From Planctomycetota bacterium (GTDB taxonomy: Bacteria > Planctomycetota > Planctomycetia > Pirellulales > UBA7805): a DNA stretch of 47,162 bases. The stretch spans positions 1-47,162 of the forward strand of contig JABABY010000001.1 of assembly GCA_014237955.1 (NCBI GenBank). The letters run 5' to 3'. Below the pieces are notes generated by a model that had not been told where the DNA came from, ran no database searches, and saw nothing but the letters and a program-made list of their open reading frames with translations. The position numbers were made by a program, and so were the translations under genes. Positions 18,511 through 28,500 of this stretch are shown here, in pieces; position 1 is the first letter of the stretch; every line of letters begins with the position of its first letter.

Positions 18511-18916
18511 GGCAATCTGTGGCGAGCAATAAGCACGGCCACCATCTAAATCATTATAGATAGTAACCGTGGAAACAACCGTCTGGACACCGAGCGATGG
18601 ATCGACCGCGACATAAAGGACCAAACACTGTAACCTACTGGCCAACACCGACTTGGCAACAGGATTCTAGCACCCGCTCGAGGGGTGTCAATATCGACAA
18701 GAGACCGACTGTTTTCGCCCAGGGACAATTGAGTCGCTAGCATATTTCGGATGTTCTCACCCGTCTTTTACGATTAGGATCATCATTCTCTCGACAGACA
18801 GATCCTAACTTGCCGAGAATCCGTTAAACTTTTTTAATTGCTGGAATGCCGCAACACCGATATATCGGAACGCTGGCAAATCACCAATCCACTGTCGGTA
18901 ATAAACAAATAAGATC

Positions 18917-20434
18917 ATGGCGTACTTGCCCGAATTCAAAACGTTCTCCAGTGCAGCAGAGGGTGTCGATCTGGTACCTGTGTACCGTCGTTTGGTAAGC
19001 GACTCGCTCACACCAGTTAGCGCTTTCCATAAAATAGATACCGGTGGTTGTTCCTGTCTCTTCGAGAGCGTTATCGGCGGAGAACGTGTCGGTCGCTATA
19101 GTTTTTTAGCGGTGGCACCCTACAAGACGCTTGAAGCGTTTCATGACCAAGTAACAATCACCACCTCGGAAGGAAGTGAGCAGTTTCAATCGGATGATCC
19201 GCTTGCGGAACTCGAGCGACTTGTACATGGCGTACGAGCGGCAAGCTTTGAAGACCTGCCACCGTTTACCAGCGGTGCTGTGGGATATGCTGGTTATGAC
19301 GTTGTCCGGTATAGCGAACATTTATTAAATGCTCCAGAAGACGATCGCCAACTGCCAGATCTTTCTTTTTCATTTTATGACCATATGGTGGTTTTCGATC
19401 ACATAACGAAAACGATTGTTGTGGTTGCGATGGCACACGTCACGCAAGGAAATTTGGAAGCAGCTTATAATGATGCGTGCCAACGGGTCGATGCACTGGC
19501 AGAACAATTGTCTGCAGAAAAATTGCCTCTTCCAGTGGCCGATATTGACACTGGCGGCGAAGTCGCAATTTCGTATCACTCGAATTTTCGTCGCAATGAT
19601 TTTGAAGATGCCGTTCGACAATGTGTAGATTACATTCGGGCGGGTGATATTTTTCAGGTCGTCGTCAGCCAGCGACTCGACCTGCCCATCACCGCACATC
19701 CCTTTGAAATTTATCGCACGCTGCGAGTCGTCAATCCCAGCCCCTTTATGTTTTATCTGCGATCTTCCAATGTTGTCTTGGTAGGAAGTTCGCCGGAAGT
19801 GATGGTCCGCGTCGAGGGGGGAACCGTTACTGTTCGACCACTAGCAGGCACACGGCCTCGTGGGGCTACAGAAGAGGAAGACCAACAACTGGCGGATGAT
19901 CTTCTCGCCGACCCCAAGGAGCGGGCAGAACACATCATGCTTGTGGATCTTGGGCGAAACGATGTGGGACGCATTGCTCAGTACCGTTCGGTCGAGCTCA
20001 GCGACACGATGACCATCGAGCGGTACAGCCACGTCATGCATATTACTTCCAATGTGAGCGGAAAACTCAAAGAAGGAAAAACCGCTTTTGATGCCCTGCG
20101 AGCCTGCTTGCCAGCAGGTACTGTTTCCGGCGCTCCCAAAGTCCGCGCTATGGAAATCATTGATGAACTCGAGCCCCATCGCCGCGGGCCTTATGCGGGA
20201 GCCGTTGGCTATGTCGACTTCGGTGGCAATATGGATACATGTATTGCACTACGAACCCTAGTCATCAAGGACAATCGAGCCTACGTCCAAGCTGGGGCCG
20301 GCATTGTCGCCGACAGCCTTCCTGAAAATGAATACCAGGAAACATTAAACAAGGCCCGCGGATTGCTCAAAGCAATTGAAATCACCGAGCGACGTGAGTT
20401 GGAACGCTCCAATAATCCAACGACTCACGACTAA
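18917..20434 (+). CDS. trpE: Anthranilate synthase component I
   Basis: SAFHKI...CLFESV...[10 protein letters not shown] near the N-terminus, plus the chorismate-binding C-terminal block [35 protein letters not shown]. Confidence 0.95.
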   Translation: MAYLPEFKTFSSAAEGVDLVPVYRRLVSDSLTPVSAFHKIDTGGCSCLFESVIGGERVGRYSFLAVAPYKTLEAFHDQVTITTSEGSEQFQSDDPLAELERLVHGVRAASFEDLPPFTSGAVGYAGYDVVRYSEHLLNAPEDDRQLPDLSFSFYDHMVVFDHITKTIVVVAMAHVTQGNLEAAYNDACQRVDALAEQLSAEKLPLPVADIDTGGEVAISYHSNFRRNDFEDAVRQCVDYIRAGDIFQVVVSQRLDLPITAHPFEIYRTLRVVNPSPFMFYLRSSNVVLVGSSPEVMVRVEGGTVTVRPLAGTRPRGATEEEDQQLADDLLADPKERAEHIMLVDLGRNDVGRIAQYRSVELSDTMTIERYSHVMHITSNVSGKLKEGKTAFDALRACLPAGTVSGAPKVRAMEIIDELEPHRRGPYAGAVGYVDFGGNMDTCIALRTLVIKDNRAYVQAGAGIVADSLPENEYQETLNKARGLLKAIEITERRELERSNNPTTHD

Positions 20435-20485
20435 ATAAGATGAAGCATGTTGGTGGCGGCGTGCTTTAGCGGCCGCTTCTATGAT

Positions 20486-21775
20486 CTAGTTTTCTACCAC
20501 AAAGGCCTTCTGCGCGGCCTGTATCGTCTCGTCGATATCTTCTTCAGTGTGCGCCGCTGAAACAAAAAGTGCCTCATACTGGCTGCATGGCAGATAGATT
20601 CCACGATCGAGCATTGCTTGGAAAAACGACGCGAAACATTCGGTATCACATTTTTCAGCGACCGACCAGTCGGTCACTTTTTCCGGATTAAAAAACAGAG
20701 TCATCATACTTCCGACCCGAGTCACACTATGGGGGATGCTTCCGGCTGCTTCACTCAAACCGGTCGCCAACCGAGCACCCAACGTCTCAAGTCGCTCATA
20801 CATCGCCGGATCGGCCAATTGCCGGAGTGTGGCAATGCCCGCCGCCGTGGCCAAGGGATTGCCACTAAGGGTCCCTGCCTGAAAAACACTTCCCACTGGC
20901 AGGATATGATCCATCACCTCCCTACGGCCTCCATAAGCGCCCACCGGAAGACCACCACCAACAATCTTGCCCAATGTCGTTAAATCGGGTGTGATCCCTT
21001 GCAGCGATTGAGCGCCACCGTAGGCCACACGGAAACCAGTCATCACTTCGTCGTAGATCAAGAGGGCGCCATGACGATCGGTTTGCTCTCGAAGAACCCT
21101 GAGAAACGGCTCGGTGGGGATGACGCAACCCATATTACCCACCACCGGCTCAAGAATTACTGCCGCAATATGCTCGGCCTGGGCTGCAAACACCTCCTCA
21201 ACTCCCGCCACATCGTTGTAGGCAAGAACAATGGTGTCGGCAGCCGCGCCAGGGGTAACACCCGGTGAATTGGGAACCGACAACGTTGCCGCACTGCTAC
21301 CAGCCGCCACAAGAAGGCTGTCCACATGCCCATGGTAATTGCCAGCAAACTTGACAACTCGAGAGCGTCCCGTATATCCTCTCGCCAAACGGATCGCACT
21401 CATCGTCGCTTCGGTCCCAGAATTGACCAGGCGAACTTTCTCAATGGAGGCCACTGCGGAAATGATCAACTCCGCCAAATCACTTTCCGCCTCGGTTGGT
21501 GCACCAAAGCTGGTCCCCAGCCGAGCCGCCGCTTCCACAGCCGCGACGATCTCGGCCTGCGCATGCCCCAAAATCATTGGTCCCCAGGAACCGATGTAGT
21601 CAATGTATCGATTGCCATCCAAGTCATACAGGTAAGCCCCCCCAGCACGTTGGATAAACCGGGGCGTACCTCCAACTGCCCCAAACGCTCTCGCGGGACT
21701 GTTTACCCCACCCGGCATCAAATGGAGTGCACGATCAAATGCCGCTATGCTTTTAGTTGTATTTTCCACATTCAT
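20486..21775 (-). CDS. hemL: Glutamate-1-semialdehyde 2,1-aminomutase
   Basis: LMPGGVNSPARAF, IDYIGSWGP and YDEVMTGFRV motifs. I place the start at the ATG at 21775 (MNVENTTKS..., 429 aa, normal HemL size). The longest ORF starts at 21994, which would overlap purM. Confidence 0.93.
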   Translation of the reverse strand: MNVENTTKSIAAFDRALHLMPGGVNSPARAFGAVGGTPRFIQRAGGAYLYDLDGNRYIDYIGSWGPMILGHAQAEIVAAVEAAARLGTSFGAPTEAESDLAELIISAVASIEKVRLVNSGTEATMSAIRLARGYTGRSRVVKFAGNYHGHVDSLLVAAGSSAATLSVPNSPGVTPGAAADTIVLAYNDVAGVEEVFAAQAEHIAAVILEPVVGNMGCVIPTEPFLRVLREQTDRHGALLIYDEVMTGFRVAYGGAQSLQGITPDLTTLGKIVGGGLPVGAYGGRREVMDHILPVGSVFQAGTLSGNPLATAAGIATLRQLADPAMYERLETLGARLATGLSEAAGSIPHSVTRVGSMMTLFFNPEKVTDWSVAEKCDTECFASFFQAMLDRGIYLPCSQYEALFVSAAHTEEDIDETIQAAQKAFVVEN

Positions 21776-21981
21776 CAAAGTTTTCCGATCGCCGCAGGGC
21801 TCTCCTGAGCGCCCTTCTACCCTCATGAGGCACCCTTCGAACCGCCCTGACATTCTAGGCGATCCGATTCGAGAGTGGCAGTGCGTATTCGACTGCCTCT
21901 CCGCCCGCCGCTTTTCTGACGCATCGGTTTCCTTTAGAATTGCTCTCTCCCATCTCTCTCCATTCTGATGGAATTCGCGGC

Positions 21982-23049
21982 ATGGCCAAGTCAACTTACA
22001 AGGATGCCGGCGTCGACCTGGATCTTTACCGCAAGTCGATGGCCAAGCTGCCCCACCACTTGCACCGTACCTTTACCCCCCGGGTAATTGGCGTTGATGG
22101 AGGATTTGCCGGGCTATTCCAACTTGATTTTTCAAACCAACTTTTTGCTCGCAACTACAAAGACCCCATCCTTGTCTCATGCACCGATGGAGTTGGCACC
22201 AAGCTCAAAGTGGCCCATCAAACGGATAAGCATAACACCGTGGGAATCGATTTGGTGGCAATGAGTGTGAATGATGCCATCTGCTGCGGAGCTGAGCCAC
22301 TGTTTTTTCTTGACTACGTTGCGATGTCCCACGATGATCCTGATCGTCTTGAACAAATTGTTCGAGGCATCTCTGATGGTTGCTTGATGGCGAACTGCTC
22401 ACTGCTCGGTGGCGAAACTGCCATCATGCCGGACCTTTACGCTCCGGGGGACTACGATTTGGCAGGATTTTGCGTGGGTGTCGTCGAGCGGAATGCATTG
22501 CTGGACGGCAGCGCAATCGTTCCAGGAGATCTCATATTGGGGCTCGCATCCTCGGGATTGCATTCCAATGGTTACAGTCTTGCCCGGAAAGTGGTTTTTG
22601 AAGAAGCAGACATGGCAATAACAGACCGAGTTGACCAACTCGATGCAACTGTAGGAGATGTGCTTCTAGAACCAACTCGAATCTATGTCAAACCAGTACA
22701 GAGCATTTTAACGCACTACAAAGTCAAACATGTCGTTCACGGCATCGCCCACATTACCGGTGGAGGGCTCCATGAAAATCTTGAGCGAATCCTGCCCGCC
22801 ACAGCACACGCAGTTGTTGATCGGGACAGCTGGACCATTCCACCTGTTTTCGACTGGATTCAAGGCCTTGGAGACATTGACCCGGAGGAAATGGAACGCG
22901 TCTTCAACATGGGGCTGGGACTGGCTATGGTGATCAGTCCCTTTTACGCTGAGAGTATCCGTAGCCAATTATCTGAACAGGACATCGAAAGCTGGATTAT
23001 CGGCGAAATTATCGATGGCCCTCGCGGCGTTTCCTGGAAACCAGAATGA
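21982..23049 (+). CDS. purM: Phosphoribosylformylglycinamidine cyclo-ligase (AIR synthetase)
   Basis: [14 protein letters not shown]..., GGFAGLF and TDGVGTKLK motifs. The ATG at 21982 gives a family-typical N-terminus. Confidence 0.95.
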   Translation: MAKSTYKDAGVDLDLYRKSMAKLPHHLHRTFTPRVIGVDGGFAGLFQLDFSNQLFARNYKDPILVSCTDGVGTKLKVAHQTDKHNTVGIDLVAMSVNDAICCGAEPLFFLDYVAMSHDDPDRLEQIVRGISDGCLMANCSLLGGETAIMPDLYAPGDYDLAGFCVGVVERNALLDGSAIVPGDLILGLASSGLHSNGYSLARKVVFEEADMAITDRVDQLDATVGDVLLEPTRIYVKPVQSILTHYKVKHVVHGIAHITGGGLHENLERILPATAHAVVDRDSWTIPPVFDWIQGLGDIDPEEMERVFNMGLGLAMVISPFYAESIRSQLSEQDIESWIIGEIIDGPRGVSWKPE

Positions 23050-23145
23050 ATCCGCCAAAAATTGCGCGCTATCGGACCGCCCGCGTTCCAAATCAGCAAT
23101 GAACTTTCCAAGCCTCCTCAAACACTCTACCTACTAGGGATTCCC

Positions 23146-23511
23146 GTGGCACAAGTCGTTTCCCAAAAAAATTGCGGCGTTGTCGTTGTCTATATCAACG
23201 AATCCAAACTTCTCGACGAACGACTCATCAATGAAGTGGGAACAGCGTTAATCGCGGCATTGAATACGGCTGAAAATGAAATGCTTTTGGTTAATTTTCA
23301 GGGCGTGCGTTTTATGAGTTCGTCAATGATCGGTCGGATTGTCACACTCTATAAAAAGTGTAAAGCGAATAAAATCAATCTCAAGTTGTCCAACATTTCT
23401 GATGAGATTATGGAGGTTTTTACATTAATGAATCTCCATAAACTCTTGAGCATCTGTGCAGACGAATCAGATGCGATGGCCTCTTTTAAAAAAGATGGGT
23501 GGTTGAAATGA
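23146..23511 (+). CDS. STAS-domain protein (anti-sigma-factor antagonist family)
   Basis: The pattern VVVVYINESKLLDE...LLVNFQGVRFMSSSMIGRIVTLYKK...LKLSNISDEIMEVFTLMNL matches the SpoIIAA/RsbV-like STAS fold. The GTG at 23146 gives ~121 aa. The longest ORF starts at a TTG at 23062, so the start is uncertain. Confidence 0.75.
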   Translation: MAQVVSQKNCGVVVVYINESKLLDERLINEVGTALIAALNTAENEMLLVNFQGVRFMSSSMIGRIVTLYKKCKANKINLKLSNISDEIMEVFTLMNLHKLLSICADESDAMASFKKDGWLK

Positions 23512-23614
23512 CAAACGGCAAGTGATCGCTCTCGATGACCCGACAACTGTGAATTGTGATTTTGATCTATGTTTTCCGCTCTCCTCAGGCAAAATATCTG
23601 CTGCAGGGTGAGGA

Positions 23615-24166
23615 GTGAATACAGGGCAAAGAAAACCGAGTAAAATAGACTTTGCCATGAGTGGAGAATTAACAAATGCACCTGAGGCAGGCGGGCCTCC
23701 GCCAAAACATTCGGCCGAAGTCATCCAATGGACCTGCCGGAAAGTGGTTCCTGGAAACGGCAATCTCTACCCTCTCGTTGGGTCTATATTGCTCGTTGCC
23801 GGCTTGGTCGCCCTTATAACCGATAAGGGGCACCTGGCACTGTTTGCCGGTGTCGCAATCGCAGCAGTCTGCTGGCGAGAATGGCTGTCGGTAAGCTACC
23901 AAGTGGACCAAGACGGAATCCAGCAGACGGTGTTGCGGATGAGCCGTTTCAAACCGTGGGCTTTAATCACAAGCATCCGGTTCCATCGCAATGCAATGGA
24001 ACTGCAAATGCGGCCTCTGAAGTGGAAAAAGCAATCCGAAAGGCCAATTTGGATCCCCATGGGCGAGCAACACCTCGAGATCCGCGAGCGATTGAGAATA
24101 TTGGTGCCTCACCTGATCCTGGATCATTCTAAAGACGATTTTCAAATCCCATCGCAAGAAAAATAA
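23615..24166 (+). CDS. Hypothetical membrane protein with two TM helices and a bacterial-PH-like C-terminal domain
   Basis: A TM pair (LYPLVGSILLVAGLVALI / LALFAGVAIAAVCW) is followed by a ~90-aa soluble region. This resembles the bPH/YdbT-type layout but I cannot confirm it. The start is either the GTG at 23615 or the ATG at 23657. Confidence 0.55.
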   Translation: MNTGQRKPSKIDFAMSGELTNAPEAGGPPPKHSAEVIQWTCRKVVPGNGNLYPLVGSILLVAGLVALITDKGHLALFAGVAIAAVCWREWLSVSYQVDQDGIQQTVLRMSRFKPWALITSIRFHRNAMELQMRPLKWKKQSERPIWIPMGEQHLEIRERLRILVPHLILDHSKDDFQIPSQEK

Positions 24167-24215
24167 TCTATCGCACAGTCACCGGAAACAATCCTCGGCA
24201 CAGACTCTAAAAACA

Positions 24216-25286
24216 TTAAGCCGAGTCGTGAGCGATGTCAGCCTGTGGATTCGCATCGGCCAACGAGGATTGATAGCGTTCCTCATCCCAGGCAAAGTGG
24301 CAGGCAACACGATGATCTCCCCCCGCCAGTTGGGGCACCTGTTGTTGACAGTCGACACCTTTCATCACACAACGATCCACAAATTTGCATCCTGGATATA
24401 TTGTGTCCGGCGAGGGCACCTCTCCAGCAAGTACGATCCGCTGCCGGTGCCGCTCAGAGCGAGGGTCGGGCAACGGCACACTCGAAAGGAGTGCCCTGGT
24501 ATAGGGATGGCGGGGATTGGCGTAGAGCATCTCGGCATCGGCAGCCTCAACCAGTCGGCCCAAATACATCACCCCAACCCGATTTGCGATATGGCGAACC
24601 ACGGCCAGATCATGTGCAATAAACAGATACGCAAGGCCCAATTGCTGTTGGAGATCCATCAACAAATTAATCACCTGAGCCTGAATCGAGACATCGAGTG
24701 CTGAAACGGGCTCATCGCAAATAATGAGGCGCGGTTTAACAGCCAGTGCCCGAGCAATACCAATCCGCTGCCTTTGTCCCCCAGAAAATTCATGGGGATA
24801 ACGATTCAAGAAGCGTGGATTTAAACCAACCAACTCCAAAAGCCGCATCGCCTCCAACTGGCGGTCCTTCCTGTCATGGAGGCGGAAGATCTGCATCGGT
24901 TCAGTGATAATCTGCGAGACCGTCATACGTGGATTTAAGGATGCAAAGGGATCCTGAAATATCATCTGCATCTGTTGACGAAAGGGCCGCATCTCGGACT
25001 CTTTCAGAGAATCAATCCGTTGGCCCTCATAGAAAATTTCCCCCGCAGACGTTGGCACGAGCCGGAGAATGGCGCGTGCCAGCGTTGATTTACCACAGCC
25101 CGATTCGCCCACCAACCCTAGTGTCTCCCCTTCAGCGAGGGAAAAACTAAGTCCATCGACCGCACGAATGATAGCCGGCGAGGAACCAAACCCGCGCCGC
25201 TGTAGAGGAAAATGGACTGCCAAGTTCCGAACTTCCAACAAAGCCGGTTGGGGAGAGGCAGCGGTCCCTGCTAAAGACTCAGGCAT
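24216..25286 (-). CDS. Peptide/nickel ABC transporter ATP-binding protein (OppF/DppF type)
   Basis: Walker A GESGCGKST, ABC signature FSGGQRQRIGIARAL, Walker B LIICDEPVSALD, and the Opp C-terminal extension (NPRHPYTRALL). Confidence 0.93.
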   Translation of the reverse strand: MPESLAGTAASPQPALLEVRNLAVHFPLQRRGFGSSPAIIRAVDGLSFSLAEGETLGLVGESGCGKSTLARAILRLVPTSAGEIFYEGQRIDSLKESEMRPFRQQMQMIFQDPFASLNPRMTVSQIITEPMQIFRLHDRKDRQLEAMRLLELVGLNPRFLNRYPHEFSGGQRQRIGIARALAVKPRLIICDEPVSALDVSIQAQVINLLMDLQQQLGLAYLFIAHDLAVVRHIANRVGVMYLGRLVEAADAEMLYANPRHPYTRALLSSVPLPDPRSERHRQRIVLAGEVPSPDTIYPGCKFVDRCVMKGVDCQQQVPQLAGGDHRVACHFAWDEERYQSSLADANPQADIAHDSA

Positions 25287-26286
25287 GGGGATCCTTGTGT
25301 GGGCTTTCTTTCGTAATGTCTACAAAACAAGCAAAGCGATCCGCATCCTCAGCATCCTGCAACTGCGGTGATTGCTGCCGGCACTCCCGCGTCGCATATC
25401 CACAACGGGGCTCAAATGCACAACCGGGCGGCAAATGTGCCAAATCTGGGGGTTGTCCGTCAATGGTCGCCAGACGCGCGCTTGTCGCTTGCGTCAACCG
25501 GGGGACCGATTTAAGGAGTCCCAGGGTATAGGGGTGACGAGGATTGGCAAAGAGTGCATCACAACTTGCCTGTTCAACTATCTTTCCAGCGTACATCACA
25601 TGGACTCGATGGCAGATATTTGCGACCACACCCATATCGTGAGTAATCATAATGATTGCAGTACCCTGTGACTGCTGCAGTTGTTTCATCAGTTCCAAAA
25701 TCTGCGCCTCGATCGTAACGTCCAGTGCAGTCGTTGGTTCATCAGCAATCAAAATGTCCGGTTGGCAGGAGAGGGCCATGGCGATCATCACGCGTTGCCG
25801 CATCCCGCCCGAAAATTCGTGCGGATAGGCAAAAATCCGTTTACTCGGCGAAGGGATCCCAACGCGTTCAAGCATTTCAATCGCATGTTTAAGCGCCTCC
25901 CGGCGAGTATGGCCGAGGTGTACGACGGTAACTTCAATCAACTGGTCCGCAATCGTCATGTACGGGTTGAGAGAAGTCATCGGATCCTGAAAAATCATTG
26001 CAACTCGATTGCCTCTAATTTTGGAGAACCGCTTGGGCGGCATGGCAAGAAGGTTCTCGCCGCGATAGAGTGCGCGGCCGGCACAAATCTCACCCGGTGG
26101 CGAGGGGACCAAGCCCATGAGTGCAAGACTGGTGACCGATTTGCCGCTTCCCGACTCACCGACGATCCCGAGAGTCTCTCCCTCATGCAGTGCAAAGCTA
26201 ACACCGTCAACCGCCTGAATCCGCCCCTCTTCGGTATGGAAACAGACACCTAAATCATCAACCTGCAGGATACAGTTATCCATCAT
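25279..26286 (-). CDS. Peptide/nickel ABC transporter ATP-binding protein (OppD/DppD type)
   Basis: Walker [10 protein letters not shown], signature [15 protein letters not shown], Walker [13 protein letters not shown], and [11 protein letters not shown]. It overlaps the downstream ATPase gene by 8 nt. Confidence 0.93.
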   Translation of the reverse strand: MMDNCILQVDDLGVCFHTEEGRIQAVDGVSFALHEGETLGIVGESGSGKSVTSLALMGLVPSPPGEICAGRALYRGENLLAMPPKRFSKIRGNRVAMIFQDPMTSLNPYMTIADQLIEVTVVHLGHTRREALKHAIEMLERVGIPSPSKRIFAYPHEFSGGMRQRVMIAMALSCQPDILIADEPTTALDVTIEAQILELMKQLQQSQGTAIIMITHDMGVVANICHRVHVMYAGKIVEQASCDALFANPRHPYTLGLLKSVPRLTQATSARLATIDGQPPDLAHLPPGCAFEPRCGYATRECRQQSPQLQDAEDADRFACFVDITKESPHKDPHA

Positions 26287-26290
26287 TTAC

Positions 26291-27523
26291 CTAACGATTC
26301 TTAAGACGTGGATCGAGAGCATCTCGCAGTGAATCGCCCAATCGGTTCAGAGCCAGCAAAGTCAGCCCCAAGGCGAGGCCCGGAAAAAGGACAAGCCACC
26401 AAAAATTTTGAAGCGGTGTGATCACTCGAACCCCTTCTGCCGCAAGAATCCCCCAGGAGACCCGTGGCGGATCGACCCCGAGGCCGAGAAATGACAGAAA
26501 GGCTTCGAAGAGCATCACGCTCGGTATCGTCAATGTGAGATAGACAATAACGACACTCATTAAATTCGGGACAAGGTGCCTGAAAATGATCCGACCCGTT
26601 CCGGCTCCTATTGTGCGTGCCGCTTCGACAAACTGTTCGTTTCGAAGCGAACATATCTGACCACGGACCACGCGTGACATTGTCAACCAATAGATCGCCC
26701 CAATGACCAGATAAAAGATGACTGTCTTATCGATACCCCAGGCGAGCAACTTCTCTTTGATCTGATTTTCATCCAAAATGGAAATAATGAAAATCACAAC
26801 AAAAATAAAGGGGATACAATACAACACGTCGACGATGCGCATCATACGATTATCAATGGCACCACCAAAATATCCGGCTGTTGCACCGTAGCTTACACCA
26901 ATGATAAGTGAGACGAATGTCGCCACCACACCCACCATTAACGAAACCCGCGAGCCCCAAAAAATCCGGGAAAGCAGATCTCGTCCAAAATCATCCGTTC
27001 CACACAAACTCGGTAGACACCAGTCACCAAAAACGATGAGTCGCAGTCGGATCAGGGCGCGATCCCACGCGTTTGGTGTCGCCCACAACTGATTAAAACA
27101 TTTCAAATACCGCTCTTGTTCCGCATTGATTTGTTCATCAATCTTCTCGCGCTCATTAGATGTTGCGGACTTAAGACGGGATTGCAGTTTGAGTCTCCTC
27201 GCGTCGATCGCCTCCATCGCCTTTGTCAGCGGAATTTCGGAAGCGACCTCATCACCATAGGTCACACTCAAGAAAACCGCTTCAAGGTCCGGCGGCATGA
27301 ACGCACGGGTTTGAGAGTGTTGCATCTGCGGACTTTGTAGCGGCAAGAGTGGGGTGAACAACGAACTGGTAGCTAGCGCGATAAGAAAAACGAGGGCCAG
27401 CATAGCGATTCGATTGCGGCGCAACCGCTTCCATGCATCTCGTCCGAGCGAAGAGCCTCGCATCTGTGCTGCTTCGTGCAGCATTTTTTCCATTTTATCG
27501 CCACGAGAACTATGAAGGGACAC
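26291..27523 (-). CDS. Peptide ABC transporter permease (OppC/DppC type) with an enlarged first periplasmic loop
   Basis: OppC_N-like start (AWKRLRRNRIAMLALVFL), then GTDDFGRDLLSRIFWGSRVSL and the EAA-type loop FVEAARTIGAG. GTG start at 27523, with an alternative ATG at 27493. Confidence 0.9.
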   Translation of the reverse strand: MSLHSSRGDKMEKMLHEAAQMRGSSLGRDAWKRLRRNRIAMLALVFLIALATSSLFTPLLPLQSPQMQHSQTRAFMPPDLEAVFLSVTYGDEVASEIPLTKAMEAIDARRLKLQSRLKSATSNEREKIDEQINAEQERYLKCFNQLWATPNAWDRALIRLRLIVFGDWCLPSLCGTDDFGRDLLSRIFWGSRVSLMVGVVATFVSLIIGVSYGATAGYFGGAIDNRMMRIVDVLYCIPFIFVVIFIISILDENQIKEKLLAWGIDKTVIFYLVIGAIYWLTMSRVVRGQICSLRNEQFVEAARTIGAGTGRIIFRHLVPNLMSVVIVYLTLTIPSVMLFEAFLSFLGLGVDPPRVSWGILAAEGVRVITPLQNFWWLVLFPGLALGLTLLALNRLGDSLRDALDPRLKNR

Positions 27524-27546
27524 GAAATACTTGCTCCAGGAAAATA

Positions 27547-28500
27547 CTATTCCAGTTCGATGCGGGGATCCAGGATTGCATAGGAAAGATCTACCAGCAC
27601 ATTCATGGTGTAGAGGACCACGGTGTAAACCAACACGACTCCCATTGCCAGCGGATAATCCCGCTGCAGGGCCGCCTCCACAAAATAGCTGCCAATACCA
27701 CTTAGATGAAAAACTTTTTCAATCACTAAGGAACCGGTAAGAATACCTGCAGCGGCCGGGCCGAGAAACGAGACAACCGGCAAGGCCGAACCTTTCAAGG
27801 CATGCCTGATGATCACCTGTCTGCCCCGAAGGCCCTTTGCACGGGCAGTGCGAATATAGTCCTGGTGGAGGACTTCGAGCATTCCGGTGCGGGTTAATCT
27901 GGCAATATAAGCAGCGTATGGGGCGCCAAGGCAAAAGGCCGGCAAAATCAGATTGGATAGATTGCCCCAGCCAGCGGCCGGAAACAGCGGAATCAAAAAC
28001 ACGAAAAGAATAATACAAACACCCGCCAGCCAAAAATTAGGCACCGCCATTCCGGCCGTAGCAATGAGCATCACCCCGGTATCGACCCAGGTTTGTCTCC
28101 TAAGGGCTGCAATGACTCCTGCAAATAATCCGACAACTAATCCGAATGAGAGCGCAAGGATCCCGAGGGAAGCGGAAACCGGCAATCCCTGAGCGATAAT
28201 CTGGTTCACACTAAAATCACGAATCCGATAGCTTGGACCAAGATCCGGAACACCAATGCGAAATTGTCCATCTTCACTGAGTAGTCCGGCCGCCATCCCA
28301 AGGTGAACCAAATATTGGTTCCAAAGTGGCTTATCGACACGGTAACGCCGTTCAATGGCCTGTTTGACATCTGGTTCCAAATTACGCTCGCCATCAAAGG
28401 GACCACCAGGGACAGCTCTCATGAGAAAAAATGAGATCGTGAAAACGACCCAGAGGGTGACAAAGAACCACAACAGACGTTTGGCAAGAAAAGGGATCAC
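27547..28500 (-). CDS. Peptide ABC transporter permease (OppB/DppB type)
   Basis: MIPFLAKRLLWFFVTLW... N-terminus and YIRTARAKGL EAA loop. The GTG start overlaps the stop of the binding-protein gene by 4 nt. Confidence 0.92.
   Translation of the reverse strand: MIPFLAKRLLWFFVTLWVVFTISFFLMRAVPGGPFDGERNLEPDVKQAIERRYRVDKPLWNQYLVHLGMAAGLLSEDGQFRIGVPDLGPSYRIRDFSVNQIIAQGLPVSASLGILALSFGLVVGLFAGVIAALRRQTWVDTGVMLIATAGMAVPNFWLAGVCIILFVFLIPLFPAAGWGNLSNLILPAFCLGAPYAAYIARLTRTGMLEVLHQDYIRTARAKGLRGRQVIIRHALKGSALPVVSFLGPAAAGILTGSLVIEKVFHLSGIGSYFVEAALQRDYPLAMGVVLVYTVVLYTMNVLVDLSYAILDPRIELE

Noticed and set aside
18857-18868. Perfect 12-bp palindrome CCGATATATCGG ~50 nt upstream of trpE
   Set aside because: Roughly ten perfect 12-bp palindromes are expected by chance in 47 kb. 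There is no leader peptide with Trp codons and no attenuator-like alternative hairpins nearby.
21776-21981. Possible ZTP or purine riboswitch in the hemL/purM divergent region, and likewise upstream of purA (31963-32192)
   Set aside because: Only a partial CCGCC match is present. The conserved ZTP pseudoknot partner and the purine-riboswitch junction sequences are not. A CTCTCTCC-cat-CTCTCTCC duplication at 21943-21961 was noted but is too short to interpret.
21776-21994. 73-codon N-terminal extension of the hemL ORF
   Set aside because: The extension would overlap the purM start and has no similarity to HemL N-termini. The ATG at 21775 gives a normal ~429-aa HemL.
25681-26253. 190-aa antisense ORF inside the OppD-type gene, with similar cases at 24228-24704, 21326-21808, 42606-43151 and 13271-13780
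   Set aside because: Same reasoning as above. Each is embedded in a strongly supported gene, has no family signal and has aberrant composition.
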